Numbered from the stretch's first letter, positions 48,124-57,745 are shown. The stretch: 64,000 bases of DNA from an uncultured virus (IMG/VR IMGVR_UViG_3300028588_000812) (IMGVR_UViG_3300028588_000812); one strand, 5' to 3'. A program made the numbers and translations. Notes: a model not told the origin generated them from the letters alone.

Positions 48124-50214
48124 TTAGTGTTGCCCTCCACTAACAAGAATTAGAAGATAATCCTGAACAAATTCTTTCCATTCTTTCGAGCCTGAACGGT
48201 TCTCTATTGTCTGGGATGCTTTAAGTTCACTAAGTTCAATTAGTAACTCAGCAATTTCCCCTACAAGCTTATCGCCCTCAGCTTTAAAATCAATAGACAT
48301 TAAGAATGACCCTGTAGCTTGCATGGAAGGGCAACCTTCTTCAATTTCTATTTCAAAATCATTCTCCTGAACATCACCTTCTGAATTAACTTCACTTTCA
48401 AGTGTAGTGAAAAGTTGTTCAATAAAGTAAGGAAGAACTGTTTGATTGACAGTAAGCATGCTTAATGCATCCTTAGACCATTCTTCTTGAATAATGGCAT
48501 GCCCCAAACGGTGAAGCAAATGAGATAGACCGGTGTTAAGAAGAACATTAATATCATAGAACTCAGGGCTAATATTAGATTTAGTTAAACCAGCAGTGTA
48601 TAGCTCTGTGAAGAACTTCTCACCATCCTTTTCAGGTAGATGACGTACACCTTCTGTATATGTCCATGCAAGAGATTCATTGGGGAAGCTCACACCACGA
48701 ATTAAACATCCAATTGGATTAATATTTACAGTAGTTGAAGATACAATAGTATTTAACCTTGCATAACGTACAGCTAATGTAATTAATTTAGCAATAACAA
48801 TTTCAGATACGTTAGATGGTGTATCTTTAAGTTCAACTTTACCTGACGCCCAATCTTGTTCATATAGAAGAGGCATGTTAATAGTGTTCACAAGTGGACG
48901 CATTGCTTCTGGAAGGTTCTCAGAAGTAATCTCAGAAGAATAGTAATGAACAATTTCTTCGATTGATGAGTTCAAGCCTGGTGGAACAACAAAGTTAAAT
49001 AAAGATTTCTCTTTTTCTTCTGAGATAATTTCATTGAAAGCTTCATTCATGCCTGTCTCAGCAAATAATGCATCTACAGCGTTAATCTCTTGGAGATATT
49101 CCATACCATTCATATCATCTTGCATGATGGATGCAATATTTGATGGAGACATAAACACATAAGCTCTGTCAATGGCTTCTGCTAAATAACATAGTTCTAC
49201 ATCATTAGGTGTTGGTTTAGCGGTACGGTCACCAGAAGTTCTTCTGGCGACAACACTGTTGGCTTTTTTAATAGGGTTAATGTAACTAAAACTTTTAACT
49301 AAAGCATCAGTTGAACCGCTTGCCATTTTGACAACAAGAGAAAGCATTTCACCGCGTAGACGACCCATAGCTTCGGTAGAAATGTTCATCTGGTACATTC
49401 CTGTAATACTCTGCATTAAGGACGCTGTAGCCTCAAAATAGGCCGCTGTATCAGGGTATGGGTAGTCTAGTAACATAAAGTTATCAAGTGACAACTCAGG
49501 ATATTTACGCTCTGCATTTAATTCATCGTACTCTTTTTCAGAGATAACAATAAAAGCAGGAGAGTTTGAGCTTACGTAAAGAGTTTTAGCGATATGAGCT
49601 TGAACTAAAGGAACAGTAACTTTGTAAGATGTTAAATCATTTTGCTCAGGGATTTCTTCTAAGTTGTTAAGAAGAACGCCAGCTAAAGCTTGGAAACCAT
49701 CTTGGTTGTCTTCAAAGTTGATTTCACCATACTCTTCATCGTCTTCATCATAGTATTCTTCGTCGTCTTCGTCAGTGTCATCACCATCGTTGTCATGTGC
49801 TGCATCTGCGAGGATTTCTTCATCTAATGGTAACTCATCTTCATCAACTTCAAATGGTTCTAGTTTGCCATTTTCGTTAACGATAGAGTTGTTTACGATA
49901 TCACCAAAAACATGTTCTAAAGTATATGGTGGTAGAACCATATGTTGTGTTAGCTCAATGGTTTCTTTATTGTTAATGTTACGAAAAATAAGGTCCGCTT
50001 TAGTAGGGTTACTTTTTTGAGGAACTACATCTGTAATAATAAGGCGTTCTGTAATTCCTAGCTTCTTAGAAAACTTTTTGAAGTTAGGGGTATCTTTCGC
50101 AACCAGACATACGCATGCCAATTTCTGGCCACTTACGTTAACATGAATAGTTTCAATTTTACTTAACGTAAGTTGGAAGATTTTTTGTTCAGGTTTTGAT
50201 TGATCATTAGCCAT
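48124..50214 (-). CDS. large acidic hypothetical protein
   Basis: 696-aa ORF, GGAG SD. Confidence 0.75.
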   Translation of the reverse strand: MANDQSKPEQKIFQLTLSKIETIHVNVSGQKLACVCLVAKDTPNFKKFSKKLGITERLIITDVVPQKSNPTKADLIFRNINNKETIELTQHMVLPPYTLEHVFGDIVNNSIVNENGKLEPFEVDEDELPLDEEILADAAHDNDGDDTDEDDEEYYDEDDEEYGEINFEDNQDGFQALAGVLLNNLEEIPEQNDLTSYKVTVPLVQAHIAKTLYVSSNSPAFIVISEKEYDELNAERKYPELSLDNFMLLDYPYPDTAAYFEATASLMQSITGMYQMNISTEAMGRLRGEMLSLVVKMASGSTDALVKSFSYINPIKKANSVVARRTSGDRTAKPTPNDVELCYLAEAIDRAYVFMSPSNIASIMQDDMNGMEYLQEINAVDALFAETGMNEAFNEIISEEKEKSLFNFVVPPGLNSSIEEIVHYYSSEITSENLPEAMRPLVNTINMPLLYEQDWASGKVELKDTPSNVSEIVIAKLITLAVRYARLNTIVSSTTVNINPIGCLIRGVSFPNESLAWTYTEGVRHLPEKDGEKFFTELYTAGLTKSNISPEFYDINVLLNTGLSHLLHRLGHAIIQEEWSKDALSMLTVNQTVLPYFIEQLFTTLESEVNSEGDVQENDFEIEIEEGCPSMQATGSFLMSIDFKAEGDKLVGEIAELLIELSELKASQTIENRSGSKEWKEFVQDYLLILVSGGQH

Positions 50215-50262
50215 ATTAAAAATTGTTCTCCATAACTTAAAGCGTAGAAATTATAGTATAGC

Positions 50263-50298
50263 ACAAAACCCCCTGATTGATTAACCAGGGGGTTTTGT
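50263..50298 (-). terminator. terminator
   Basis: acaaaaccccctg / cagggggttttgt. Confidence 0.7.
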
Positions 50299-50309
50299 TT
50301 TAGAACAAA

Positions 50310-50984
50310 TTATTTTAGACTAGAAGGTGGTGGTGGTAATGGTCTACGGATAGCAGGACTTTTAGGTGCACTATCTTTTTCAGTTTGTTCTTTATTAACA
50401 AACCCACTTGGTTTAGAAGAACCAGAAACAACTGGTGGTGGACCAGGAATTGATGGGACACTACTTTTTGCAGGTACGGTAGGCGCAACTGGCGCAGGTT
50501 CGTTATATTCTGTCCCATAATCATAAGGATTAGGTTCAGTTTCTACATCAGGTTGTACAGGATTTTGCTGTAAGAAAGCATCTTCCTCATCAACTGGTGT
50601 ACGGAATGGGTTTAATGTTGTTGCTCCGTTAAGCTCTGAAAGTCCAGCAGAAATACTTTCTACATTGCTGGAACCAGCTTTTGGAGCGAAACCAACAGGT
50701 TTCTTGCTTTCTTGTTGACTGAAAACATTTTTGGCAAGCGTGTCTTTAGAAATACTTTTCTTATCTTTGTCATCAATACGTAATGCACGTTTTGTTCCAA
50801 CAGATTTGAACTTGCTTTTTTCTTCTTTGCTAAGAGGTTTACCATCAGCGGTTACTTCTTTAGCTTTCTTTTCTTTAGAATACTCTAAATATAAGTTAAT
50901 CCCAATGAAAAGTGCAATAGCTAGGAAAATAGCTAAAAATCCCCAACCAACATATTGCGCAATGTTTGTAATATTAAAGTTCAT
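50310..50984 (-). CDS. single-pass membrane protein with Pro-rich disordered tail
   Basis: N-terminal TM, Pro-rich C-terminus. Confidence 0.7.
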   Translation of the reverse strand: MNFNITNIAQYVGWGFLAIFLAIALFIGINLYLEYSKEKKAKEVTADGKPLSKEEKSKFKSVGTKRALRIDDKDKKSISKDTLAKNVFSQQESKKPVGFAPKAGSSNVESISAGLSELNGATTLNPFRTPVDEEDAFLQQNPVQPDVETEPNPYDYGTEYNEPAPVAPTVPAKSSVPSIPGPPPVVSGSSKPSGFVNKEQTEKDSAPKSPAIRRPLPPPPSSLK

Positions 50985-50995
50985 TTTTATTTTCC

Positions 50996-51604
50996 TTATG
51001 CTCTTCCAGTATTTCGGGTTTCTTCTTCATCATCGTATACAACATCCTCTTCTTCGCTGTAATACTCTTGTTCTTCTTCCTCTTCGAGTTCATACTCACG
51101 AGGGTCAGGAATACCTTTCATAGCTAACTCAATTTCGTATGGGGTTCTACGAATAATGTTATAAGCTGTTAAAGCAGCAGCAACCATAATGCTTCCACCA
51201 ACACCAACAGGCATCCAGCTTCCCGCAACAATAAGTAATGCAGCAACAATAGTCAAACCAATCAGAACAGGGGTTACTCTCTTTTTAGGAATAACTTCTT
51301 CTTTATAGTTGAAGAGGTTCCATTCGCCTATCTTAGTACCATAAACAATGGATAAACCCAATGCAAATACAATTAAACCAGCAGGTGTACCCACGACAGG
51401 ACGAATGAAGTTTAGGTTATCTGGTAAAGGTAAGGATGACGCTACAATAAGAACAGCAGCGATAGCCAACCATATAAACCAGTAAGTTTTACGTTTGCTA
51501 GGCTCTAGAGAGTCCACAAAATTACGCAAACGAACAGTCAATGCCTCGAAACCCCAACTGTTGGGGTTTTCGTTGACATTCTCGGTGTTTTTTATTTTCG
51601 CCAT
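50996..51604 (-). CDS. 4-TM membrane protein with acidic tail
   Basis: four hydrophobic helices; GCCGATAT at 51630-51637. Confidence 0.75.
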   Translation of the reverse strand: MAKIKNTENVNENPNSWGFEALTVRLRNFVDSLEPSKRKTYWFIWLAIAAVLIVASSLPLPDNLNFIRPVVGTPAGLIVFALGLSIVYGTKIGEWNLFNYKEEVIPKKRVTPVLIGLTIVAALLIVAGSWMPVGVGGSIMVAAALTAYNIIRRTPYEIELAMKGIPDPREYELEEEEEQEYYSEEEDVVYDDEEETRNTGRA

Positions 51605-51702
51605 TTAAGACCTTCCATACCTTAATATTATATCGGCAATCACATTCAAGGAATAATTAGCAAATATGGTATCCTTATATAACTGATTTTAAGAGGAATT
51701 TA

Positions 51703-54507
51703 ATGGCTGTAGAATATAAACTTTCAAGTGATGCACCACGTTCTATTATTATAGAAGGTGAAGGAACTTTAACACCGTTCGTAGAATATATGGACGGTAC
51801 AATTGTAGAAACATTTGAAGGTGAACTATGCGAAATTCCTTTTACCCAAGAGAATGCTACTAAGTTACGTAACTTCCTTAGAGGTAAAGATTACGAAATT
51901 CCACCCCGAGAAAGAGCTATTTTAGCTCATCTGGCAGACAACCCAGACTCGCTTAATGACAAAGACCTACGCTGGACCATCAAATTAACTGATTTACAAG
52001 TTAACGTACTTGCCAAAAAGTATGCAAAAATTAAAACTGAATGGGATTTAGTTCACTATTTGCCTTTGCGTTATTTAGACAAAAGTAACCCACAATCTGT
52101 TTCTGAGCTAATCATAGGTCAATGGGCTGTTGTTAGTGGAACTGTTGTGGCGGTAGAACCTAACCATCAACATGATTTTGTAAAAATTGTTGTTGCAGAT
52201 ATTAAAAGCCAACGTATCGCAGCTACATTTTTCCGCCAAAAATGGTTAGCATGGCAGTTTAAAGAAGGCGATGAAGTAGTTCTATACGGAAATTACTCTG
52301 AATATGTCAACAAACGTAACCAACGCACTTTCCCTCAAATTACTAACCCAAAAATTGATAAAATCAAATCCATAAAAGATAATGGATATGGAATGATTCC
52401 AATTTATCCACAAAAATCAGAAGACAAATCTTGGGCTTTAAAAGTTGCACAAGAAAACTTGCTTTCCAAAATAGTATGGATTGAAGATCCAGTTCCTGTA
52501 CCAATTTTAAAGAAATATAATCTTATTTCACGTACAGAAGCATATAAGAAAATTCATTTCCCTGATACTCGTGAAGAAGTTGAAGCCGCAAGACGTAGGA
52601 TTGCTTTTGACGAATTCGTAAGATTACAAGTTTACATTGCAAACCGCAGAGAAGACTTAGGTGAAAACACTGCTAGCGCAAAAAGGGAAACCAAATGGGC
52701 TGACAATTTCACTAGTTCGCTTCCTTTTGATTTTACTGGAGCGCAAACACGTGTAATTGGAGAAATTCTTACTGACTTAGCTTCTAATACACCTATGTAT
52801 AGGTTATTACAAGGTGACGTAGGTTCTGGAAAAGCTTTACCTTTAGATGCCTTAGTCCTTACACCTAAAGGTTACCGCAAAATGGGTAGTCTCAAACCAG
52901 GTGATATTGTTGTTACTCCTAATGGTGGCATTACAACAATTACGCATTTCTTCCCACAAGGAAAACGTCCCATTTACAAGCTTGTATTCTCTGATGGTAC
53001 AAGCGCTAGAGCAGACCAAGAGCATCTTTGGAAAGTACAGGAAGAGCTAAACGGAGAAAGTGAATTATTACCTTCCCGTTTGATGACAACTAATGATTTA
53101 ATTAAAAATGGTTTAACTGTATATGGTGGAAGTACACCTAAATGGCATATTCCTCAACCTAACATGGATATCATTTCATCTTATGTTCCTCATACTGAAA
53201 ATCATAAAGTTAAAGGTGCGACAAAGCAGATTGTTTCTATTACATTTGAAGGTCAAGAGTTAGCTGCTTGTATTAAACTTTTGAATAGCGAAGGTTTGTT
53301 TATCACTAATGATTATACTGTTACCCATAATACTGAAATTTCAAGTGTTGCAACATTAGCTGCTGTCGAAAGTGGATATCAAGTTGCTTTGTTAGCTCCA
53401 ACAGATATTTTGGCTACTCAACTTTATGAGCGTCTTACAAAAACTTTCCGTAAAGCTGGTGTTACTGAACAGCAACTTAAATTAGGTTTATTCAACGGAC
53501 GTGTTTTAGGTAAAAAACGTACCACTCTTCTTGAAGAGTTAAAGAATGGTGATATTAACGTTATTGTAGGAACTCATGCTTTGTCGCAAAAATATGTTGA
53601 ATTTAAAAACTTAGGTTTAGCTATTGTTGACGAACAACATAAATTCGGTTCTGCTCAACGTTCAGCGTTACGTAAAATTAATGCTGATGGAAGTACCCCA
53701 GACATGTTAGCTATGTCTGCTACTCCTATCCCTAGAACAACATCACAAATTATTTTTGGTGACATGGATATTAGTATTGTTGATGAACTTCCCGCTGAAC
53801 GTATTCCAATTAAAACAGAATGGCATGAAACACCTGACGAAGCATGGGTTAAAGTTCGTGAAGAAGTAGAAAAAGGTCATCAAGCTTACATTGTTACAGC
53901 ATTAGTTGACGAAAGCGAAAGCGAAAAAATGGCTGATGTGGAATCTGCTGTACAAACACATCTTGCTTTACAGAACAACGTTTTCCCTGAAATGACCATT
54001 GGTTTGTTACATGGTAAATTAAGTCGTGATGAAAAAGCAGAAGTAATTGATAAATTCTATAAGAATGAAATTCAAGTTCTTGTTGCAACAACCGTTGTTG
54101 AAGTTGGTGTTAACGTACCTAATGCTACTGTTATGACAATTCTTAACGCTAATCGTTTTGGTATTGCCTCCCTTCATCAAATCCGTGGTCGTGTTGGTCG
54201 TGGTGCTTTTGCCTCATACTGTTATCTTGTTGGTGAAGCTACAGTTCCAGAAGCAGAAGAAAGATTGAATGCTTTAGTGTCATCTAATGACGGTTTCTGG
54301 CTAGCCGAAAAAGACCTCGAAATTCGCGGAGAAGGTTCATTATTTGGGCGTTTACAATCCGGTGATAGCGATTTATATGTCGGTAATTTGAAAGAACACA
54401 AAGACCTTCTAGAGGTAGCAAAGAAAGTAGCAAAGCAAGCAAAGAAATCTGTTCTTCTTAACGCGGAAGTAAAAATGCTCTACAAAGACAAAACTATCTT
54501 AGCGTAA
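51703..54507 (+). CDS. recG: RecG DNA helicase containing an intein
   Basis: wedge OB domain, RLLQGDVGSGK|T, APTDILATQ, DEQHKFG, MSATPIPRT, LHQIRGRVGRG, DLEIRGEG. Confidence 0.95.
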   Translation: MAVEYKLSSDAPRSIIIEGEGTLTPFVEYMDGTIVETFEGELCEIPFTQENATKLRNFLRGKDYEIPPRERAILAHLADNPDSLNDKDLRWTIKLTDLQVNVLAKKYAKIKTEWDLVHYLPLRYLDKSNPQSVSELIIGQWAVVSGTVVAVEPNHQHDFVKIVVADIKSQRIAATFFRQKWLAWQFKEGDEVVLYGNYSEYVNKRNQRTFPQITNPKIDKIKSIKDNGYGMIPIYPQKSEDKSWALKVAQENLLSKIVWIEDPVPVPILKKYNLISRTEAYKKIHFPDTREEVEAARRRIAFDEFVRLQVYIANRREDLGENTASAKRETKWADNFTSSLPFDFTGAQTRVIGEILTDLASNTPMYRLLQGDVGSGKALPLDALVLTPKGYRKMGSLKPGDIVVTPNGGITTITHFFPQGKRPIYKLVFSDGTSARADQEHLWKVQEELNGESELLPSRLMTTNDLIKNGLTVYGGSTPKWHIPQPNMDIISSYVPHTENHKVKGATKQIVSITFEGQELAACIKLLNSEGLFITNDYTVTHNTEISSVATLAAVESGYQVALLAPTDILATQLYERLTKTFRKAGVTEQQLKLGLFNGRVLGKKRTTLLEELKNGDINVIVGTHALSQKYVEFKNLGLAIVDEQHKFGSAQRSALRKINADGSTPDMLAMSATPIPRTTSQIIFGDMDISIVDELPAERIPIKTEWHETPDEAWVKVREEVEKGHQAYIVTALVDESESEKMADVESAVQTHLALQNNVFPEMTIGLLHGKLSRDEKAEVIDKFYKNEIQVLVATTVVEVGVNVPNATVMTILNANRFGIASLHQIRGRVGRGAFASYCYLVGEATVPEAEERLNALVSSNDGFWLAEKDLEIRGEGSLFGRLQSGDSDLYVGNLKEHKDLLEVAKKVAKQAKKSVLLNAEVKMLYKDKTILA
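52834..53331 (+). mobile_element. 166-aa mini-intein starting with Ala, probable class 3
   Basis: ALPLDALVLTPKG...HLW...AACI...VTHN|T inserted in the Walker A motif. Confidence 0.9.
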
Positions 54508-54510
54508 CGA

Positions 54511-54518
54511 GCCGATAA
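54511..54518 (+). promoter_or_regulatory. consensus sigma28 -10 element GCCGATAA
   Basis: intergenic, upstream of 54555. Confidence 0.6.
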
Positions 54519-54554
54519 AGTATTTAGATTTCATTTCAATATTAAGAAGGAATA

Positions 54555-55193
54555 ATGGCTGAAAAAATTTTTCTCATCACAGATGTAGAGTTAGCAGAAC
54601 ACACCAAAGAAAAGCAACTAGAGTTGGTTGCCGCATTACAACAAATCCATGCAGCTTACCCAGATGCTGATGGAGCAAGCCTTATTAGCTATGCTCTTCA
54701 GTTAGCTTCTACCCAAAACGCTGAAACAGAAGATTGGGATTACATTAAGGGTGCAGCGTTTGACCCAATCAATAACATTCTTCCAGAAGTAAATGAAGCA
54801 GAAGTTGAAGAATGGTTACATAATGAAGTCGTACCAGTATACGAAAATGCCATTACGGAAGATACTGTAACAGAAGATGAAGAACAAGTTGATTTTGTAG
54901 ATTATGATGTAGAAGCAGAAGAGACAACTTCCGAAGAAACTGTAGATGCACCAGTACAGGAACATTATGAACCTCAGCCATTACCACCTGTACCTTCCGA
55001 AACTCACGTAATAGAAAACATTATTGAAGATGACGAAGAAGAAGAAGCAGATGAAGACGAAGTAGTCGTTGAAGAACCTGCTAAAGATGAAGACCATAAT
55101 CAAGATGAAGATTACTTCGCTAACCCAACTACTGTTAGCCGTCAAAGAAAATGGCGTGGACTTCTTTCCGAAGCTGGAAAACTAGACCGCTAA
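54555..55193 (+). CDS. very acidic hypothetical protein
   Basis: 212-aa E/D-rich ORF with AAGGA SD. Confidence 0.7.
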   Translation: MAEKIFLITDVELAEHTKEKQLELVAALQQIHAAYPDADGASLISYALQLASTQNAETEDWDYIKGAAFDPINNILPEVNEAEVEEWLHNEVVPVYENAITEDTVTEDEEQVDFVDYDVEAEETTSEETVDAPVQEHYEPQPLPPVPSETHVIENIIEDDEEEEADEDEVVVEEPAKDEDHNQDEDYFANPTTVSRQRKWRGLLSEAGKLDR

Positions 55194-55203
55194 GCTTTAA
55201 CAT

Positions 55204-55246
55204 AAAAGTTGGTTCTAAGAGAAATTACCTCTTAGAACCAACTTTT
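55204..55246 (+). terminator. terminator
   Basis: aaaagttggttctaagag / ctcttagaaccaactttt. Confidence 0.75.
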
Positions 55247-55321
55247 TGCTATTATACCGAAAATATTTGTTAGATATAAAACAAATAAGTTTTAAATGAT
55301 CACGACAGGAATAGTCCTATA

Positions 55322-55624
55322 ATGGAAAACCCAGTAAAAACACAAGTATTGAAAAACCTTAGCTCTTACATGCCTAAAGGTGGTTTTTCTACAGATACTC
55401 GTCCCGTAACTAAATTACACGAAGCTGTACCTGTTACAATGGCAGAAGAAACAACTATCATTACTCTTCACAGCCACCGCATTATTATTGAACGTCAAGA
55501 CAATCTATATAAGACACTTGCAGTATTAGAAGGAGTTCTACTTGTTGCTTCTTCATTATTTATGATCAGTTTATCTGCTGCAAGCATTATTTTTGCAATG
55601 AGCATGGTATCAGGCGTAGTTTAA
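55322..55624 (+). CDS. C-terminally anchored membrane protein
   Basis: 100-aa ORF with long hydrophobic C-terminus. Confidence 0.6.
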   Translation: MENPVKTQVLKNLSSYMPKGGFSTDTRPVTKLHEAVPVTMAEETTIITLHSHRIIIERQDNLYKTLAVLEGVLLVASSLFMISLSAASIIFAMSMVSGVV

Positions 55625-55643
55625 TCTTTTACATTTAATACTT

Positions 55644-55691
55644 ATAATAAAATAACCCCACCGATTATTTTCGGTGGGGTTATTTTATTAT
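55644..55691. terminator. bidirectional terminator
   Basis: 21-bp perfect inverted repeat between convergent genes. Confidence 0.8.
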
Positions 55692-55695
55692 GTTT

Positions 55696-56154
55696 TTAAC
55701 TATACTGTTCAGTGGTTTCTTGAACAAAGCTAGGGCAAACTCCTTCTTTGACTTCTTTACTAGTTAAAGAATAGTAAACCCTATAAGTTTCGCCTCCAAT
55801 AACGCTGTTTGCTTCTACACAGAATTGGCGAGTGTTGTTATCTCCCCATTCACCTGTTCGCAAAACAATGTTAGTTTGACTGTTAGACCTGATACGAATT
55901 TTACTATCAAACTCAGCAGTAGTTGGAACAGCGTTATATGCCTCTTGATTCTGCTGCCATTGAGACAAACTTTGGGCAGAAGATGTTAAATCTGTTTGAA
56001 CTTGTGCTCTAATAGCAGTTTTCTTTTGTTCAAGATATGCGGGTATCGCAATAGCAGTTAAAATGCCAATAATTAAGATAACAGCACAAAGTTCAATTAA
56101 GGTGAAACCCTCTTCTGAACGCAAATGCTTAATATCACGTAAACTCTTACTCAT
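55696..56154 (-). CDS. type IV pilin (PilA/PilE-like)
   Basis: EEG|FTLIELCAVILIIGILTAIAIPAY with E5; C-terminal Cys pair. Confidence 0.9.
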   Translation of the reverse strand: MSKSLRDIKHLRSEEGFTLIELCAVILIIGILTAIAIPAYLEQKKTAIRAQVQTDLTSSAQSLSQWQQNQEAYNAVPTTAEFDSKIRIRSNSQTNIVLRTGEWGDNNTRQFCVEANSVIGGETYRVYYSLTSKEVKEGVCPSFVQETTEQYS

Positions 56155-56185
56155 AATACTATTATCGGCATTATGAGTAAGAGTT
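56142..56185. promoter_or_regulatory. 16-bp perfect inverted repeat enclosing a GCCGATAA -10 element and overlapping the pilin start codon
   Basis: aactcttactcataat-[actattatcggc]-attatgagtaagagtt. Confidence 0.75.
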
Positions 56186-56195
56186 CCGTATTAGA

Positions 56196-57005
56196 TTAGC
56201 CTCTGTAGCTTTTTTCTTGCTGTTCAAGTACAGCATCACGACGATTAACTTTTGAAGGCTCAATGAAACCATCGCCAACAATTGAACGCAAACGGTCAAA
56301 CGCACGAGGACCAATCCATCTATTTAATTGGTCAGGTGTTAAGTTAGTTGTAATAAGTAAAGTCAACTGATGAGTATAAATATGGTCAATAAGCTCAAAC
56401 CATACTTCAGTTCTCTTTTGTGCATCAGAGAAGAAACCTTGACCTACATCATCAATGAAATAGATTTTGTTACGGTCATTAAATAACGCTTCAAGTAGCT
56501 CTGGTTTTTTGTAACCTGAAACGGTAATTTTGCCTAAAACACCAGTTTCAGTATCATTAACAATCTGTCCAGCAGTCACAATACCAGCAGCAATAGCCAT
56601 ATTGATATATGCATAGCAACCCCAAGACTTTCCTACACCCATATTTCCGTGGAACACAAGTGAAGTTTTGTGAAGACCTTTACCTTGATTAAGTCTAGAG
56701 ATACGGTCCTTCACAACAGGATGGTCTACTGTAGCGCCAGCAAACGTTGCCCCTACACGCTTCTTCCAGTCCTCTACAGAGCGTTCAATGCGTTCATGGT
56801 TAACCTTATCAACAACTAGTCTATCTTTGTTGAGAGAGCGTCTGAGGCGTTCAGAGTATTCAACATCAGAGACTTCTTCTTTCACTCTTTCAGTTTTATC
56901 TTTAAAAATTTTATCTGCACGACGAGCCGCACGCACTTTAGCGTCGTGAGTTTCTTGGACTAAAGCTTCCAGTTCAGCTTTTTGACGATCATTAAAATTT
57001 TCCAT
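56196..57005 (-). CDS. DnaC/IstB-like AAA+ ATPase
   Basis: GNMGVGKS, YFIDDVG, LITTNL, RAFDRL; likely start MENFN with GGAG SD; GCCGATAT at 57048-57055. Confidence 0.8.
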   Translation of the reverse strand: MENFNDRQKAELEALVQETHDAKVRAARRADKIFKDKTERVKEEVSDVEYSERLRRSLNKDRLVVDKVNHERIERSVEDWKKRVGATFAGATVDHPVVKDRISRLNQGKGLHKTSLVFHGNMGVGKSWGCYAYINMAIAAGIVTAGQIVNDTETGVLGKITVSGYKKPELLEALFNDRNKIYFIDDVGQGFFSDAQKRTEVWFELIDHIYTHQLTLLITTNLTPDQLNRWIGPRAFDRLRSIVGDGFIEPSKVNRRDAVLEQQEKSYRG

Positions 57006-57096
57006 GTTGACTCCATTATACACAACTACTACTTTTATCTCCTATAAATATCGGCTTTACTTCCAAAAAGCCCAAAATAATGATACAATAACAAAT

Positions 57097-57684
57097 ATGG
57101 ATAAAAGTAAAGTAAAACCTGCAAAAGAAAACTCTACAAGAAAATTTGTAACTTTGCTTTTAGCGTTCACACTACCTTTCGCATCAATTCTTACAGTGCA
57201 ACATTTTTGGTTAAATAACTTCTATGTGCCCTCTGCAAGCATGGAAACAACCCTTATGACTAAGGACCGTGTTTTTGCTACTGTAACAAATGATAACTTT
57301 ACACCAGAACGTGGAAACATTGTTGTTTTCAATGATATTCAAGGTTGGCTAAACCAATCACAATATCCTACAGAAGATAAGCTCGTTAAAAGAATTATTG
57401 GTTTACCTGGTGATACTATTTCTGCTGATGAAAACGGCAACGTTATTATCAATGGGGAAATAATTGATGAACCATATATTAAACAAGGCGCAACAACTGC
57501 TGAGTTCCCTGAACAAAAAGTACCAGAAGGTCATGTATTTGTTATGGGAGATAACCGTGAAGCTTCCGCTGATTCACGATATCATATTGCACAAGGGAAA
57601 CAATTTATTGCTATCTCAGATATTCAAGCCCAAGTTGCATTTAGATATTGGCCTTTAAATAAAATTGGACCTGTTCCCAACTAA
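57097..57684 (+). CDS. lepB: signal peptidase I
   Basis: VPSASMETTL, DRV, VKRIIGLPGD, VMGDNREASADSR; start MDKSK 7 nt after TGA-TACAAT. Confidence 0.92.
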   Translation: MDKSKVKPAKENSTRKFVTLLLAFTLPFASILTVQHFWLNNFYVPSASMETTLMTKDRVFATVTNDNFTPERGNIVVFNDIQGWLNQSQYPTEDKLVKRIIGLPGDTISADENGNVIINGEIIDEPYIKQGATTAEFPEQKVPEGHVFVMGDNREASADSRYHIAQGKQFIAISDIQAQVAFRYWPLNKIGPVPN

Positions 57685-57685
57685 C

Positions 57686-57730
57686 CAAAAGAGTAATGCC
57701 CCGCTAAAATGACGGGGCATTACTCTTTTG
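57686..57730 (+). terminator. terminator
   Basis: caaaagagtaatgccccg / cggggcattactcttttg. Confidence 0.75.
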
Positions 57731-57745
57731 CGGTATACTGAACAT

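Noticed and set aside
56196..57005. IS21 insertion sequence
   Set aside because: No IstA transposase or terminal repeats; the nearby inverted repeat is a local hairpin
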